Assembly (NCBI GenBank): GCA_023898645.1
Contig: CP060232.1
Coordinates: 390,001 to 422,000 of the forward strand
From: Candidatus Saccharimonadota bacterium
GTDB taxonomy: Bacteria > Patescibacteriota > Saccharimonadia > Saccharimonadales > Saccharimonadaceae
DNA length: 32,000 bases
Direction of reading: 5' to 3'
Position 1 is the first letter of the stretch, and the number at the start of each line of letters is the position of its first letter. Below the pieces are notes generated by a model. It did no database searches. It was not told where the DNA came from and was given only the letters and a program-made list of their open reading frames with translations. Positions 1 through 7,589 of this stretch are shown here, piece after piece. Made by a program: the position numbers and the translations under genes.

Positions 1-72
1 ACGGTGCTCGACAAGCTGACCAACTTCTTTAATAAATTCTTTGATATATCTAGCGGCAAAATGGAGGACTAG
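1..72 (+). CDS. 3' end of an upstream gene entering the window (last 23 codons, ...TVLDKLTNFFNKFFDISSGKMED*); product unknown
   Basis: Frame 1 is open from nt 1 to TAG at 70-72. GGAGGA at 63-68 inside its last codons sits 9 nt before the ATG at 78, a layout typical of operon coupling. The fragment is too short for a functional call. Confidence 0.3.
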   Translation, partial: TVLDKLTNFFNKFFDISSGKMED

Positions 73-77
73 CAAAT

Positions 78-680
78 ATGTCAAAAGGAATAATCTACTT
101 AATGTCCACCGCCGTATCTGGCCTGGTGAAGATTGGCAAAACTGGCACGGTCAATTATCCAGAACGAATGCGCTTCCTGGAGGCTAATGGATACTACAAC
201 GTTGCGGGCTTACGACGCTATTTCGCTATCGAGCTTGAAGATTATGACGATAAAGAAAGTCTACTGCACGAAATTTTTAGCAAACACCAAGTTGGTACCA
301 GCGAGCTTTTTGCGTTAGACCAAGACCTAGTACGTCAATTGTTGCTATCATTTGATGGTAAAGTTATCTATCCTGAAAAAATCAACAAGGAAAAAGAGTT
401 CGACGAAGTGGCGACCGCCCGCAAGCAAGGTGCGTTATTCAGCTTTTACCGTAAAGGTTTGCAAGACGGTGACGAAATCAACTTTATATCTGATAAATCT
501 ATTATCGCAACCGTCAGCGGAGAGCGAGAAGTTGAGTACGGCGGTCAAGTATGGAAGTTGTCACCACTAACATACAAGATTTTCGAGGATAAGGGGCAGC
601 TAAACAGTAGCGGCGCCTATCAGGGTGCAAACTATTGGCAATTCAATAATCACAAACTAAAAGATTTGCCTGATAAGTAG
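78..680 (+). CDS. GIY-YIG nuclease family protein, T5orf172/MUG113 type, with an extra C-terminal domain
   Basis: The N-terminus reads GIIYLM...GLVKIGKT...ERMRFLE...ESLLHEIFSKHQVGTSELFAL. This matches the T5orf172 pattern (IY..., KIGxT, R, E..lH..f, EwF/ELF). A Shine-Dalgarno GGAGGA lies upstream. Confidence 0.7.
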   Translation: MSKGIIYLMSTAVSGLVKIGKTGTVNYPERMRFLEANGYYNVAGLRRYFAIELEDYDDKESLLHEIFSKHQVGTSELFALDQDLVRQLLLSFDGKVIYPEKINKEKEFDEVATARKQGALFSFYRKGLQDGDEINFISDKSIIATVSGEREVEYGGQVWKLSPLTYKIFEDKGQLNSSGAYQGANYWQFNNHKLKDLPDK

Positions 681-931
681 TCGGTTCTAACCTATATTTC
701 AAATTTTCCGAAAAATTTTTGGCAACGACATATCGACACATGTGGTGAGGGTGTCACTGCCTACCCCCCCGCCCCTTGTCAACTATGTAGGCAACGGTGG
801 TGGGAGTGCGCGAACCGCCACGCCGGAGGCCAGTTACCTCTGTTCAGTCTATTGATGTAATCTGTTTTAAGCTATAGAATAAGTGAGTAGCGCGGTTCTG
901 ACTTCTGCCAGAACGGTGCACCAATTAAAAT

Positions 932-956
932 ATCGAGGCTTGCCCTCGGTTTTTTA
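932..956 (+). terminator. Rho-independent terminator closing the noncoding stretch 681-931
   Basis: The stem is cgagg(934-938)/cctcg(944-948) with loop cttgc, followed by gTTTTTT (949-955). Confidence 0.6.
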
Positions 957-1049
957 ATTGGTTTGTGTCTATGTGTTCTAACTCTCGACCTCGACCCGAA
1001 AACTATAGTCGAGCATTTTGGGCTTATGCACTTACAAATATACGAATGT

Positions 1050-1078
1050 TTGCATTTTTGCGAATGGTTGTGTATACT
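1050..1078 (+). promoter_or_regulatory. sigma70-like promoter placed to give a leaderless transcript of the HTH regulator gene
   Basis: TTGCAT (1050-1055), a 17-nt spacer, then TATACT (1073-1078). The ATG at 1086 lies 7 nt after the -10 box and there is no Shine-Dalgarno between them. Confidence 0.45.
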
Positions 1079-1085
1079 CAAAAAT

Positions 1086-1631
1086 ATGAAAATGACAGAC
1101 TTGCTACTTCACCCCGTACGAATCCGTATCCTCCAAGCTTTTTTAGGGGAGCGTGAGCTAACGACTGCTCAGCTTGCGGCAGAAATGGGTGATATTCCTC
1201 CGGGCAGGATTTATCGACATGTAACTTTGCTAGCCGATGCGGGAGTTTTGGAAGTTAAGTCCGAACGGCGAGTGCGTGGCGCAGTTGAGCGTTCATATGG
1301 CTTGGGGATCAAGACCAAACCTGATGTAGCAGAAATAAAAAAAATGACCCGTGATGAACATCTGCAGGCTTTTACGGCATATGTAACCGGACTGCTAGCA
1401 AGTTATGAACGGTATCTTGATAGTGACAAGCCGGATCTGGTACGTGATGGCGTTGGTTATTCTATGAATGCATTGTGGCTGAGTGATGACGAGTATGCTG
1501 ATTTCGTAAAAGATATCGCAGCCGTCGTAACGAAACGGACAAAAAATAAACCAACAGCAGAGCGAAAGCGTCGCCTGATAGCGAGCGCATTTATGCCACT
1601 GCTTAACAACAAGGAGGGATCGAATGACTGA
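1086..1631 (+). CDS. ArsR/PadR-like winged-helix transcriptional regulator
   Basis: MKMTDLLLHPVRIRILQAFLGERELTTAQLAAEMGDIPPGRIYRHVTLLADAGVLEV is a typical ArsR-family HTH. I chose the in-frame ATG at 1086 over the ORF-track start at 963, because the N-terminal 41 codons look noncoding and overlap the promoter. The stop overlaps the next gene by 8 nt. Confidence 0.75.
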   Translation: MKMTDLLLHPVRIRILQAFLGERELTTAQLAAEMGDIPPGRIYRHVTLLADAGVLEVKSERRVRGAVERSYGLGIKTKPDVAEIKKMTRDEHLQAFTAYVTGLLASYERYLDSDKPDLVRDGVGYSMNALWLSDDEYADFVKDIAAVVTKRTKNKPTAERKRRLIASAFMPLLNNKEGSND

Positions 1632-2544
1632 GCGTCAGATCGAATTTACGTCAGACAACTACAAATTAGCGGGTACTTTCGTGACACCGGATGAATCCAA
1701 GCCTCTACCAGCAGTGTTGATGCTACCGGGGTCGGGCCAGACGGACCGCGACGATAATGCCAAGAAGCTTGCCATAAATGTATTTCCGCAGGTGGCGGAG
1801 GCGATGAGCAGCATTGGCGTTGCTAGTTTACGATATGATAAGCGTGGCGTCGGTGAGAGCGAAGGTGATTATTGGCGCAGTGATTTAGATGATCGCATAG
1901 CCGATGCGGGCGCGGCGATCGAATGGCTAAAGGCTCAAGATGACGTAGACTCTGATAACGTATATGTTCTTGGCCATAGCGAGGGTGCGCTTGTAGCTAC
2001 AAGTCTTGCTGCGGGACGTGCGGCGGTTGCGGGTGCAATTCTGCTGGCCGGATCGGCAAAGACAGGCGAAGAGACGCTAATCTGGCAAGGCGAACAAATT
2101 GTTGGCAGTCTGACGGGATTTTCAAAATGGCTTGTTGACCATCTGCATATTGATGCTAAGAAAAAGCAGCAACAAGCCATTGATAAGATAAAGAAAAGCA
2201 CCAAAGACACGTATAAAGTTCAGTTCATACAGAGGATAAATGCCAAGTGGATGCGTGAATTGCTCGCTTACGAACCAGAACAAGATTTGGCGAAGATTAA
2301 TGTCCCAGTTCTTGCGATTACCGGTTCGAAGGATATACAGGTTGACCCTGCGGATCTTGAGCGTATGAAGCAGCTGGTCAAGGGTCCATTTGAGGCGCAC
2401 TGTGTGCCAGACGTAACGCACCTATTGCGCGCAGACGCAGGCGCTCCTGGTATCAAAACATACAAGGAGCAGGCGCGGCGGCCAGTTGACGAGCGCGTTA
2501 TAAATTACATAGAAAACTGGTTGAAGGATAAAATAAAACGGTAA
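1624..2544 (+). CDS. alpha/beta hydrolase (S33/dienelactone-hydrolase-like serine hydrolase)
   Basis: It has the nucleophile elbow GHSEGA and a length and layout typical of the alpha/beta fold, with a C-terminal ...DVTHLL histidine region. It is translationally coupled to the regulator through an ATGACTGA overlap. Confidence 0.8.
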   Translation: MTERQIEFTSDNYKLAGTFVTPDESKPLPAVLMLPGSGQTDRDDNAKKLAINVFPQVAEAMSSIGVASLRYDKRGVGESEGDYWRSDLDDRIADAGAAIEWLKAQDDVDSDNVYVLGHSEGALVATSLAAGRAAVAGAILLAGSAKTGEETLIWQGEQIVGSLTGFSKWLVDHLHIDAKKKQQQAIDKIKKSTKDTYKVQFIQRINAKWMRELLAYEPEQDLAKINVPVLAITGSKDIQVDPADLERMKQLVKGPFEAHCVPDVTHLLRADAGAPGIKTYKEQARRPVDERVINYIENWLKDKIKR

Positions 2545-2617
2545 ATAGTACTAGGCGTGGAGCACTGCTCGGTAGGTCTATAAGAGCGCATGATTAGCTT
2601 GCGATCAATGATGAAAA

Positions 2618-2644
2618 AATCCAGTCCCAGCGGCTGGATTTTCA
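2618..2644 (+). terminator. putative terminator hairpin after the hydrolase gene
   Basis: The stem is aatccag/ctggatt (7 bp) around a 9-nt loop. It has an A-run upstream and a short T-run (tttt) downstream. Confidence 0.45.
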
Positions 2645-2796
2645 TAACATGACTGACGAGATTCTAATCTTCAATATCTTTATGGAAAATCTAGTCGGCT
2701 ATCTAAACGATATCCACGTATGCTTTTAATTTTATAAAATATGTGGTATTATATGCAAATCGCTCCTATGTTATCTACACAAGGAGGTGGTGAGCG

Positions 2797-3168
2797 ATGT
2801 CAGACACAGAGAAGTTCATCTGCAGCTTGATCGTAACCCAAGCACCGATGCTGCAAGACGTGATTGACTCCAAGAAATGGGGCGTCATTACACTCTCGGT
2901 CGCGACATTCAGTGCTTCGCTCGACGATGATTTATCTGTCGTGCCGACGTGCAAGTTGAGCGAATTACAACTTCGCAACATCAGAAACATCCAGCTCGAT
3001 GACAACGACCAACAGTTTTCATTCGAAGGCGACTATCGGTTTAGCTACGAGCATAACTCGCACAGCCAGTCGTATGTACGAACTGAAACAACTAGCTATC
3101 GAGTAATCGTACGCTGGTCTAGTCGGTTCGAGCAAGATCTAACTGCGTACCTTTTGCAACTCGATTAG
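2797..3168 (+). CDS. hypothetical protein (123 aa), monocistronic
   Basis: A strong Shine-Dalgarno AAGGAGGTGG lies 5-6 nt upstream of the ATG. An extended -10 box TGgTATTAT sits at 2744-2752, and the gene has its own terminator at 3186-3216. I recognised no motif. Confidence 0.6.
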   Translation: MSDTEKFICSLIVTQAPMLQDVIDSKKWGVITLSVATFSASLDDDLSVVPTCKLSELQLRNIRNIQLDDNDQQFSFEGDYRFSYEHNSHSQSYVRTETTSYRVIVRWSSRFEQDLTAYLLQLD

Positions 3169-3185
3169 CCCGTTTGGGGTCGAGC

Positions 3186-3216
3186 AAATGCCCGTTCTTT
3201 TGGACGGGCATTTTAC
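3186..3216 (+). terminator. Rho-independent terminator
   Basis: The stem is atgcccgt(3188-3195)/acgggcat(3204-3211), followed by TTTT. Confidence 0.7.
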
Positions 3217-3617
3217 ATTTAAAACACCTTTAATGACAGGGTTTCTGGAAGCCTGTTATTTCAGTGATGTGTGATGGATTAGTACTCGCATGCTTTGTGA
3301 AAGCCGTCTATTTAAAGGTCTATTTTAGTGAAACGTAATGTCATCATTTACCTCTGTTAAGCAAACTCTAAAATGTACTTGATGCATTGTAAATTAAACA
3401 ATGTAATATATTTATCTTATATGACGAAGTATATTGTGGTACTTTCCGTTATTTCGTTGACCCATGGTGCTGCAAATTGATACGATTGTACGCGTGTTCT
3501 GCGCAAAGCATGACACACAACCCTCCGTGTCAACACAGACATTCCGAAAATTCAATAAATTGAATCAAACGCGACACGGAGTAAAGATCCTGTTCCAGAT
3601 CTATAAGGAGAAATTTC

Positions 3618-4247
3618 ATGACAATCAAACCATATATAGCGGCGGTTGCCGCAGTCTCTTCGCTTGCGCTTTTTTTCGGCCAGACCGCTCATGCGCAGGC
3701 GCCTAACTTCATTGGTAGTCCGTCTAACTTTAATCCTGGCAATCAGTTGCCTGCGCCCGGTTCGAGAGTTCAGCCACGAGGCGGGTTTCCGCCGCAGCAG
3801 GTTCAATATCGAGTTAGGGTCAATGAAAGGATTCAGTACAGCGAAAGGCATAGCTGGACATATAGCGAACGTCGTACGGACGACACTCAGCGTCAGCACA
3901 GGGCGGCTAGGCCGGCGGCTCCTAGGTCTAGTAATTTGTATATAAATGGCCAGTGTACTTGGTACGCAAAAAAGCGTCGACCTGATTTGCCGAATGGGCT
4001 CGGAAATGCAAATACTTGGTATGCGCGGGCGGCAGCCAAAGGCTATAAAGTCGGTTCGTCTCCTCGTGTAGGTGCAATAGGGGCGACGTCACAAGGAGCA
4101 CTTGGACATGTCGTATATGTCGAGTCGGTCCATAGAAACGGTACGATTACTGTTTCTGAAATGAATTACAACGGAGGCGTTGGCAAGGTCCACACACGCA
4201 CCGTCGCGGCAACTCAGTTTAAGTATATCTACAGAAGCGTCGCCTAG
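3618..4247 (+). CDS. secreted CHAP-domain peptidoglycan hydrolase (amidase/endopeptidase)
   Basis: A signal peptide MTIKPYIAAVAAVSSLALFFGQTAHAQA is followed by a low-complexity P/Q/R linker. The CHAP domain carries catalytic Cys (NGQCTWYAKK) and His (GHVVYVESV) motifs. Shine-Dalgarno TAAGGAG lies upstream. Confidence 0.8.
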   Translation: MTIKPYIAAVAAVSSLALFFGQTAHAQAPNFIGSPSNFNPGNQLPAPGSRVQPRGGFPPQQVQYRVRVNERIQYSERHSWTYSERRTDDTQRQHRAARPAAPRSSNLYINGQCTWYAKKRRPDLPNGLGNANTWYARAAAKGYKVGSSPRVGAIGATSQGALGHVVYVESVHRNGTITVSEMNYNGGVGKVHTRTVAATQFKYIYRSVA

Positions 4248-4249
4248 AG

Positions 4250-5614
4250 TTATAATACCAACCCTGTGTGCTCCGCAGGATTCCTCAGAATGTTTGTCTG
4301 TTGGTGTGTTTTTTCGGATAAGTTTTCCGTGCCCAGCACGTGATCAACGACGAGCTCTGCTATGCCTTGACCGCCCATGACGCCGGAATGGTGAGAGCCA
4401 GCTGCTAAAGTGACGTTTGTGTCGCCGATTTTGCCGACAATCGGCAAGTCATCGCGATAGGCTGAGTAGTATCCGGCGCTATGGCCGAATGGTTCGATGG
4501 CTAGATTGTGCCGAGCAGGGTCACGATAGTCGGCGTCCCAACGTGACGAACATTCGCTAAACATTGCATAGGTGCGGCCAACGAATAGGCTTTTGTGGTC
4601 GATTTGTAAGTCGGCCTCGTAGGAATTATTAGGGCGTGGATCTGTACTGGGTTCGGTAATTAACAAATCATCCGTAGCGGCATAGCCGTAGCTAGCGTGA
4701 CCTTCGCGGGTAGATATACGGCCAATCGCCATGTCCGGAGTAATGACAAAAAAGTTTGTGTTGTCTGGTACTCCAGGTGTGTTAGCAAAAAACAGTTCGC
4801 GCTGCGTGATGGTAAAGTTGCGTGCTAGTCGTTCGGATTCGTCGCCCGATAGTAGCTGCGGTAGCTTGATGGCAAATGCACCGAGCGCCAGGATGATTTT
4901 GTCGCTATATATTTTTTCGTTGCCAAAATCGACGCCTATTGCTTCGCCGTTTTTTCCGAGCAAGATTTTCCGCGCGATAGTCCTGGTGCGGTAAGTGACG
5001 CCGTGACCGTTGCTATCTGCCCGACTGCAATCCATAAGCCAGCTTCGCATTACGTCGAAATGTAGTCGGCCGGCGTTATCAACAATCATAGCCCCCTCTA
5101 TGCCGTCACCGTCTAGCAGTGGAAATTGCTGTCGTAATTCTTCTGCACTAACTTCCCGAGCTTGGGGATTAAACCCCCATGCTTCAGTGTCATTTTTGAT
5201 ACTTCGGTAATAGTCCATATCCGGCCTACCAAGTGTGCCCGGAGGAAGCAATTCCTGAATATGACTTGGTCGCTCTTTTGCTCCGACGGTAAAGATATAC
5301 GGAAATTGTTCATATGCTCGCTCGGTAGCGTTGCTGTTTTTGTCACGTTCGCGTAGTTCTTCGTCAACACGGCTATACAGTTTCATGCCCTTGTCGACTA
5401 TTTCTGCTAAAGCAAATGAGTCGTTAAACATGCGATATTGCTCAAGTGAACGCCCAGCAATGCCGCCCCATTCACTTTCTTGAGTTACGGCTAGAATGTT
5501 CGAATTCTTGCCCATGGCATCGTACATGGCGTTTGCCGTGTGTAGCCCGACTGCTCCACCACCAACAATTATCGCGTCGGCTGTGTTTTTAGAGTTCTCC
5601 ATACTATGAGCCAA
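4250..5614 (-). CDS. FAD-dependent oxidoreductase (DAO / glycine-D-amino-acid-oxidase-like family)
   Basis: The N-terminal dinucleotide fold is AIIVGGGAVGLHTA (GxGxxG), and the length of about 450 aa fits the family. The start is ambiguous between TTG at 5614 (AAGGA 3-4 nt upstream) and ATG at 5602. Confidence 0.8.
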   Translation of the reverse strand: MAHSMENSKNTADAIIVGGGAVGLHTANAMYDAMGKNSNILAVTQESEWGGIAGRSLEQYRMFNDSFALAEIVDKGMKLYSRVDEELRERDKNSNATERAYEQFPYIFTVGAKERPSHIQELLPPGTLGRPDMDYYRSIKNDTEAWGFNPQAREVSAEELRQQFPLLDGDGIEGAMIVDNAGRLHFDVMRSWLMDCSRADSNGHGVTYRTRTIARKILLGKNGEAIGVDFGNEKIYSDKIILALGAFAIKLPQLLSGDESERLARNFTITQRELFFANTPGVPDNTNFFVITPDMAIGRISTREGHASYGYAATDDLLITEPSTDPRPNNSYEADLQIDHKSLFVGRTYAMFSECSSRWDADYRDPARHNLAIEPFGHSAGYYSAYRDDLPIVGKIGDTNVTLAAGSHHSGVMGGQGIAELVVDHVLGTENLSEKTHQQTNILRNPAEHTGLVL

Positions 5615-5750
5615 TATCCTTCTTGTTTTTATAACTATATGCTGTTATTGGCTTTTGTCAAATACTTGAAAATGGTAGTCGTCATTTTTGTAGTTTAAGT
5701 ACAGACAGTTGGAGTCTCGTTGCGCTATAGCTGTTATACTATGAACAACT

Positions 5751-6329
5751 ATGAACAAATACATTGAATCTACGAAGGCCTTTATTTCGGATAATCAAAA
5801 AACTATAAAGACCGTTTCGGGAATTGCGTTCGGGTTGTTAGCTCTTGCAGTTCTTGTTGCGCTATTTATATATAACGTTAATGAGGGCAAGCCAAACATC
5901 GTGTATCAGCCCGTCAAAGCGTGTGAGTTGCTGACACCAGTGAAGGCAGAAGACTTGCTGGGTGACAAGGTATATAGCACTGACGCAAACAAGCCTGTTA
6001 TTTCGGGCAATACTGCTACTAGCAAGTGTGGCTATACTGACAGGAACCCTGATCAGACGAAAATGCTGCTTGCGGCTGTATCGGTACGCTCGGCTATAAA
6101 CAATAAGGGCACAAAGCAAAATAAAACTGATTTTGAAGCGTATAAAAAGGGTAGTTCTAGTGAAGCGGTGAAAGACGTAGGGGACAGTGCGTATTTCGAT
6201 AAGTCAGTTGGTCAGCTCAATGTTCTTAGTGGTCGGATGTGGCTTAAATTCTTCTACGGCGTCGGTTCGGCACCCGAAGCAAATACGCTGGAAAATGCCG
6301 TAAAACTTGCGCAAAAAGTCTTGCAATAG
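5751..6329 (+). CDS. hypothetical membrane-anchored extracytoplasmic protein
   Basis: A single N-terminal TM helix (GIAFGLLALAVLVALFIY) precedes a soluble domain with two Cys residues (KACELLTP..., SKCGY). I could not assign a family with confidence. Confidence 0.6.
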   Translation: MNKYIESTKAFISDNQKTIKTVSGIAFGLLALAVLVALFIYNVNEGKPNIVYQPVKACELLTPVKAEDLLGDKVYSTDANKPVISGNTATSKCGYTDRNPDQTKMLLAAVSVRSAINNKGTKQNKTDFEAYKKGSSSEAVKDVGDSAYFDKSVGQLNVLSGRMWLKFFYGVGSAPEANTLENAVKLAQKVLQ

Positions 6330-6374
6330 TTGCCTACACACAAAGCTCTTGGCCTTGTCATGACGCGCGTGTGA

Positions 6375-6905
6375 TTATTTTTTCTCCGTAGTCTGCATAT
6401 TGCGCAAGTTACGATTGACGAGAAGCTGTGTTTTTAAGTGGGTTTCGAATTGCTCAGGGAAGGGTACGCCTCGTAGTTTGACGGGCTTGGTTGTTGATTG
6501 CAAACGAAGTGTAACTGTGCCATATTCGAACAAGTGACCGGCGAAAGTTTGACGCACTTCAGTCGTTTTTATGTCGCGTAGATCAATCTGTTTGTTAGAT
6601 CGCTTCATGAGACATTTTATAGAAATTTTATGAGATGACAACTTGTATTCCAGAGAGCGCCATGCGAAAAAAACAATGAATGATACGATGAAATTTAAAA
6701 TTACTCCAAGCAAGATTATGTCTATGACATACGTTCCTATGTGAAGTCCTAATTGTAGACGTTCACCTCGTCTCGTTGGTCCTGTCAAAATTACGAATGC
6801 ACTAAAAAACAATATGAAAATTCGGAACACTAAAAGGCGAGCAAATATATATCCGGCGCTTTGCTTGATCGTACGATCTTGTTCTGAGAGGTAGCTGGCA
6901 TACAT
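6375..6905 (-). CDS. bPH2 (YdbS/YdbT-like bacterial pleckstrin-homology) membrane protein, paralog 1
   Basis: It has two TM helices, then a C-terminal segment ...IDLRDIKTTEVRQTFAGHLFEYGTVTLRL...KPVKLRGVPFPEQF typical of the DUF304/bPH2 family. It is clearly paralogous to the adjacent gene. Confidence 0.65.
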   Translation of the reverse strand: MYASYLSEQDRTIKQSAGYIFARLLVFRIFILFFSAFVILTGPTRRGERLQLGLHIGTYVIDIILLGVILNFIVSFIVFFAWRSLEYKLSSHKISIKCLMKRSNKQIDLRDIKTTEVRQTFAGHLFEYGTVTLRLQSTTKPVKLRGVPFPEQFETHLKTQLLVNRNLRNMQTTEKK

Positions 6906-6965
6906 TTATGACTGTACACCCATAAAAAATTTTACGTCGTAATCTTTGCTACAAATATAAGATTA

Positions 6966-7508
6966 TTACTTGCTAGTCTTAGCAATATGAAGCTTTCGGT
7001 TTGCTAGCATTCTCGTTTCTAGTTGTGTTTTGAATTGTTTGGGGTGAGTAATACCTTTTAGGCTTACTGGTTTTTCACCATGTTGTAATGTAACTTTTAT
7101 GGTTGCGTAATTAAAGTAATTTCCTAAGATATTGCGGTTAATCTTGCAGCCCTCGATGTCTGCGAGATTAATGTATTTATCTCTTGATGCCGTAAACCCT
7201 CGCCTAATGATAAGGCTATGGATGGATATTCGATATTCAACTGATTGCCATGCTGCAAAAATTAACAAGAATAGTATGAAATTACTTGGTATGCAGACAA
7301 GTATTATTTTAATGTCTAACGTGCTTATGTGAAAACCCGGAATCGTAGGTATTGACGATGCTTCGTCGCCAATAAATGCTAAGAAAGAATAAAAAGTCAT
7401 GAAAACAACTTCCGCTATAAGGAGTCGGGCAAACATGAATCCGGCGCTTTGATTAGCTATGTAATCGATATCGATTAGCGCATCAGTCCTCATATATATA
7501 TTGTACAT
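6966..7508 (-). CDS. bPH2 (YdbS/YdbT-like) membrane protein, paralog 2
   Basis: The architecture matches 6375-6905. Shared motifs are QSAG[YF]xFARLL, AWxSxEY, I[DN]LxDI, KPVxLxG and PxQFxTxL. Confidence 0.65.
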   Translation of the reverse strand: MYNIYMRTDALIDIDYIANQSAGFMFARLLIAEVVFMTFYSFLAFIGDEASSIPTIPGFHISTLDIKIILVCIPSNFILFLLIFAAWQSVEYRISIHSLIIRRGFTASRDKYINLADIEGCKINRNILGNYFNYATIKVTLQHGEKPVSLKGITHPKQFKTQLETRMLANRKLHIAKTSK

Positions 7509-7589
7509 TGTTGGTGTTAATTAATCTGTGAGGGCGAGATTCGCAATTTACTTGCTCGTCGTGCTACAATCGGCGCACAAGGAGTATCT

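Noticed and set aside
963-1085. An N-terminal 41-codon extension of the HTH regulator ORF, and the overlapping ORFs at 965-1156 and 872-1081.
   Set aside because: The extension overlaps a near-consensus promoter and is Cys-rich and implausible. The conserved HTH protein begins naturally at MKMTDLL (1086).
3464-3899. ORFs at 3464-3706 (+), 3552-3899 (-) and 3646-3945 (+) around the CHAP gene start.
   Set aside because: They overlap the well-supported CHAP CDS, with its signal peptide and strong Shine-Dalgarno, or its structured leader. They have no start signals of their own.
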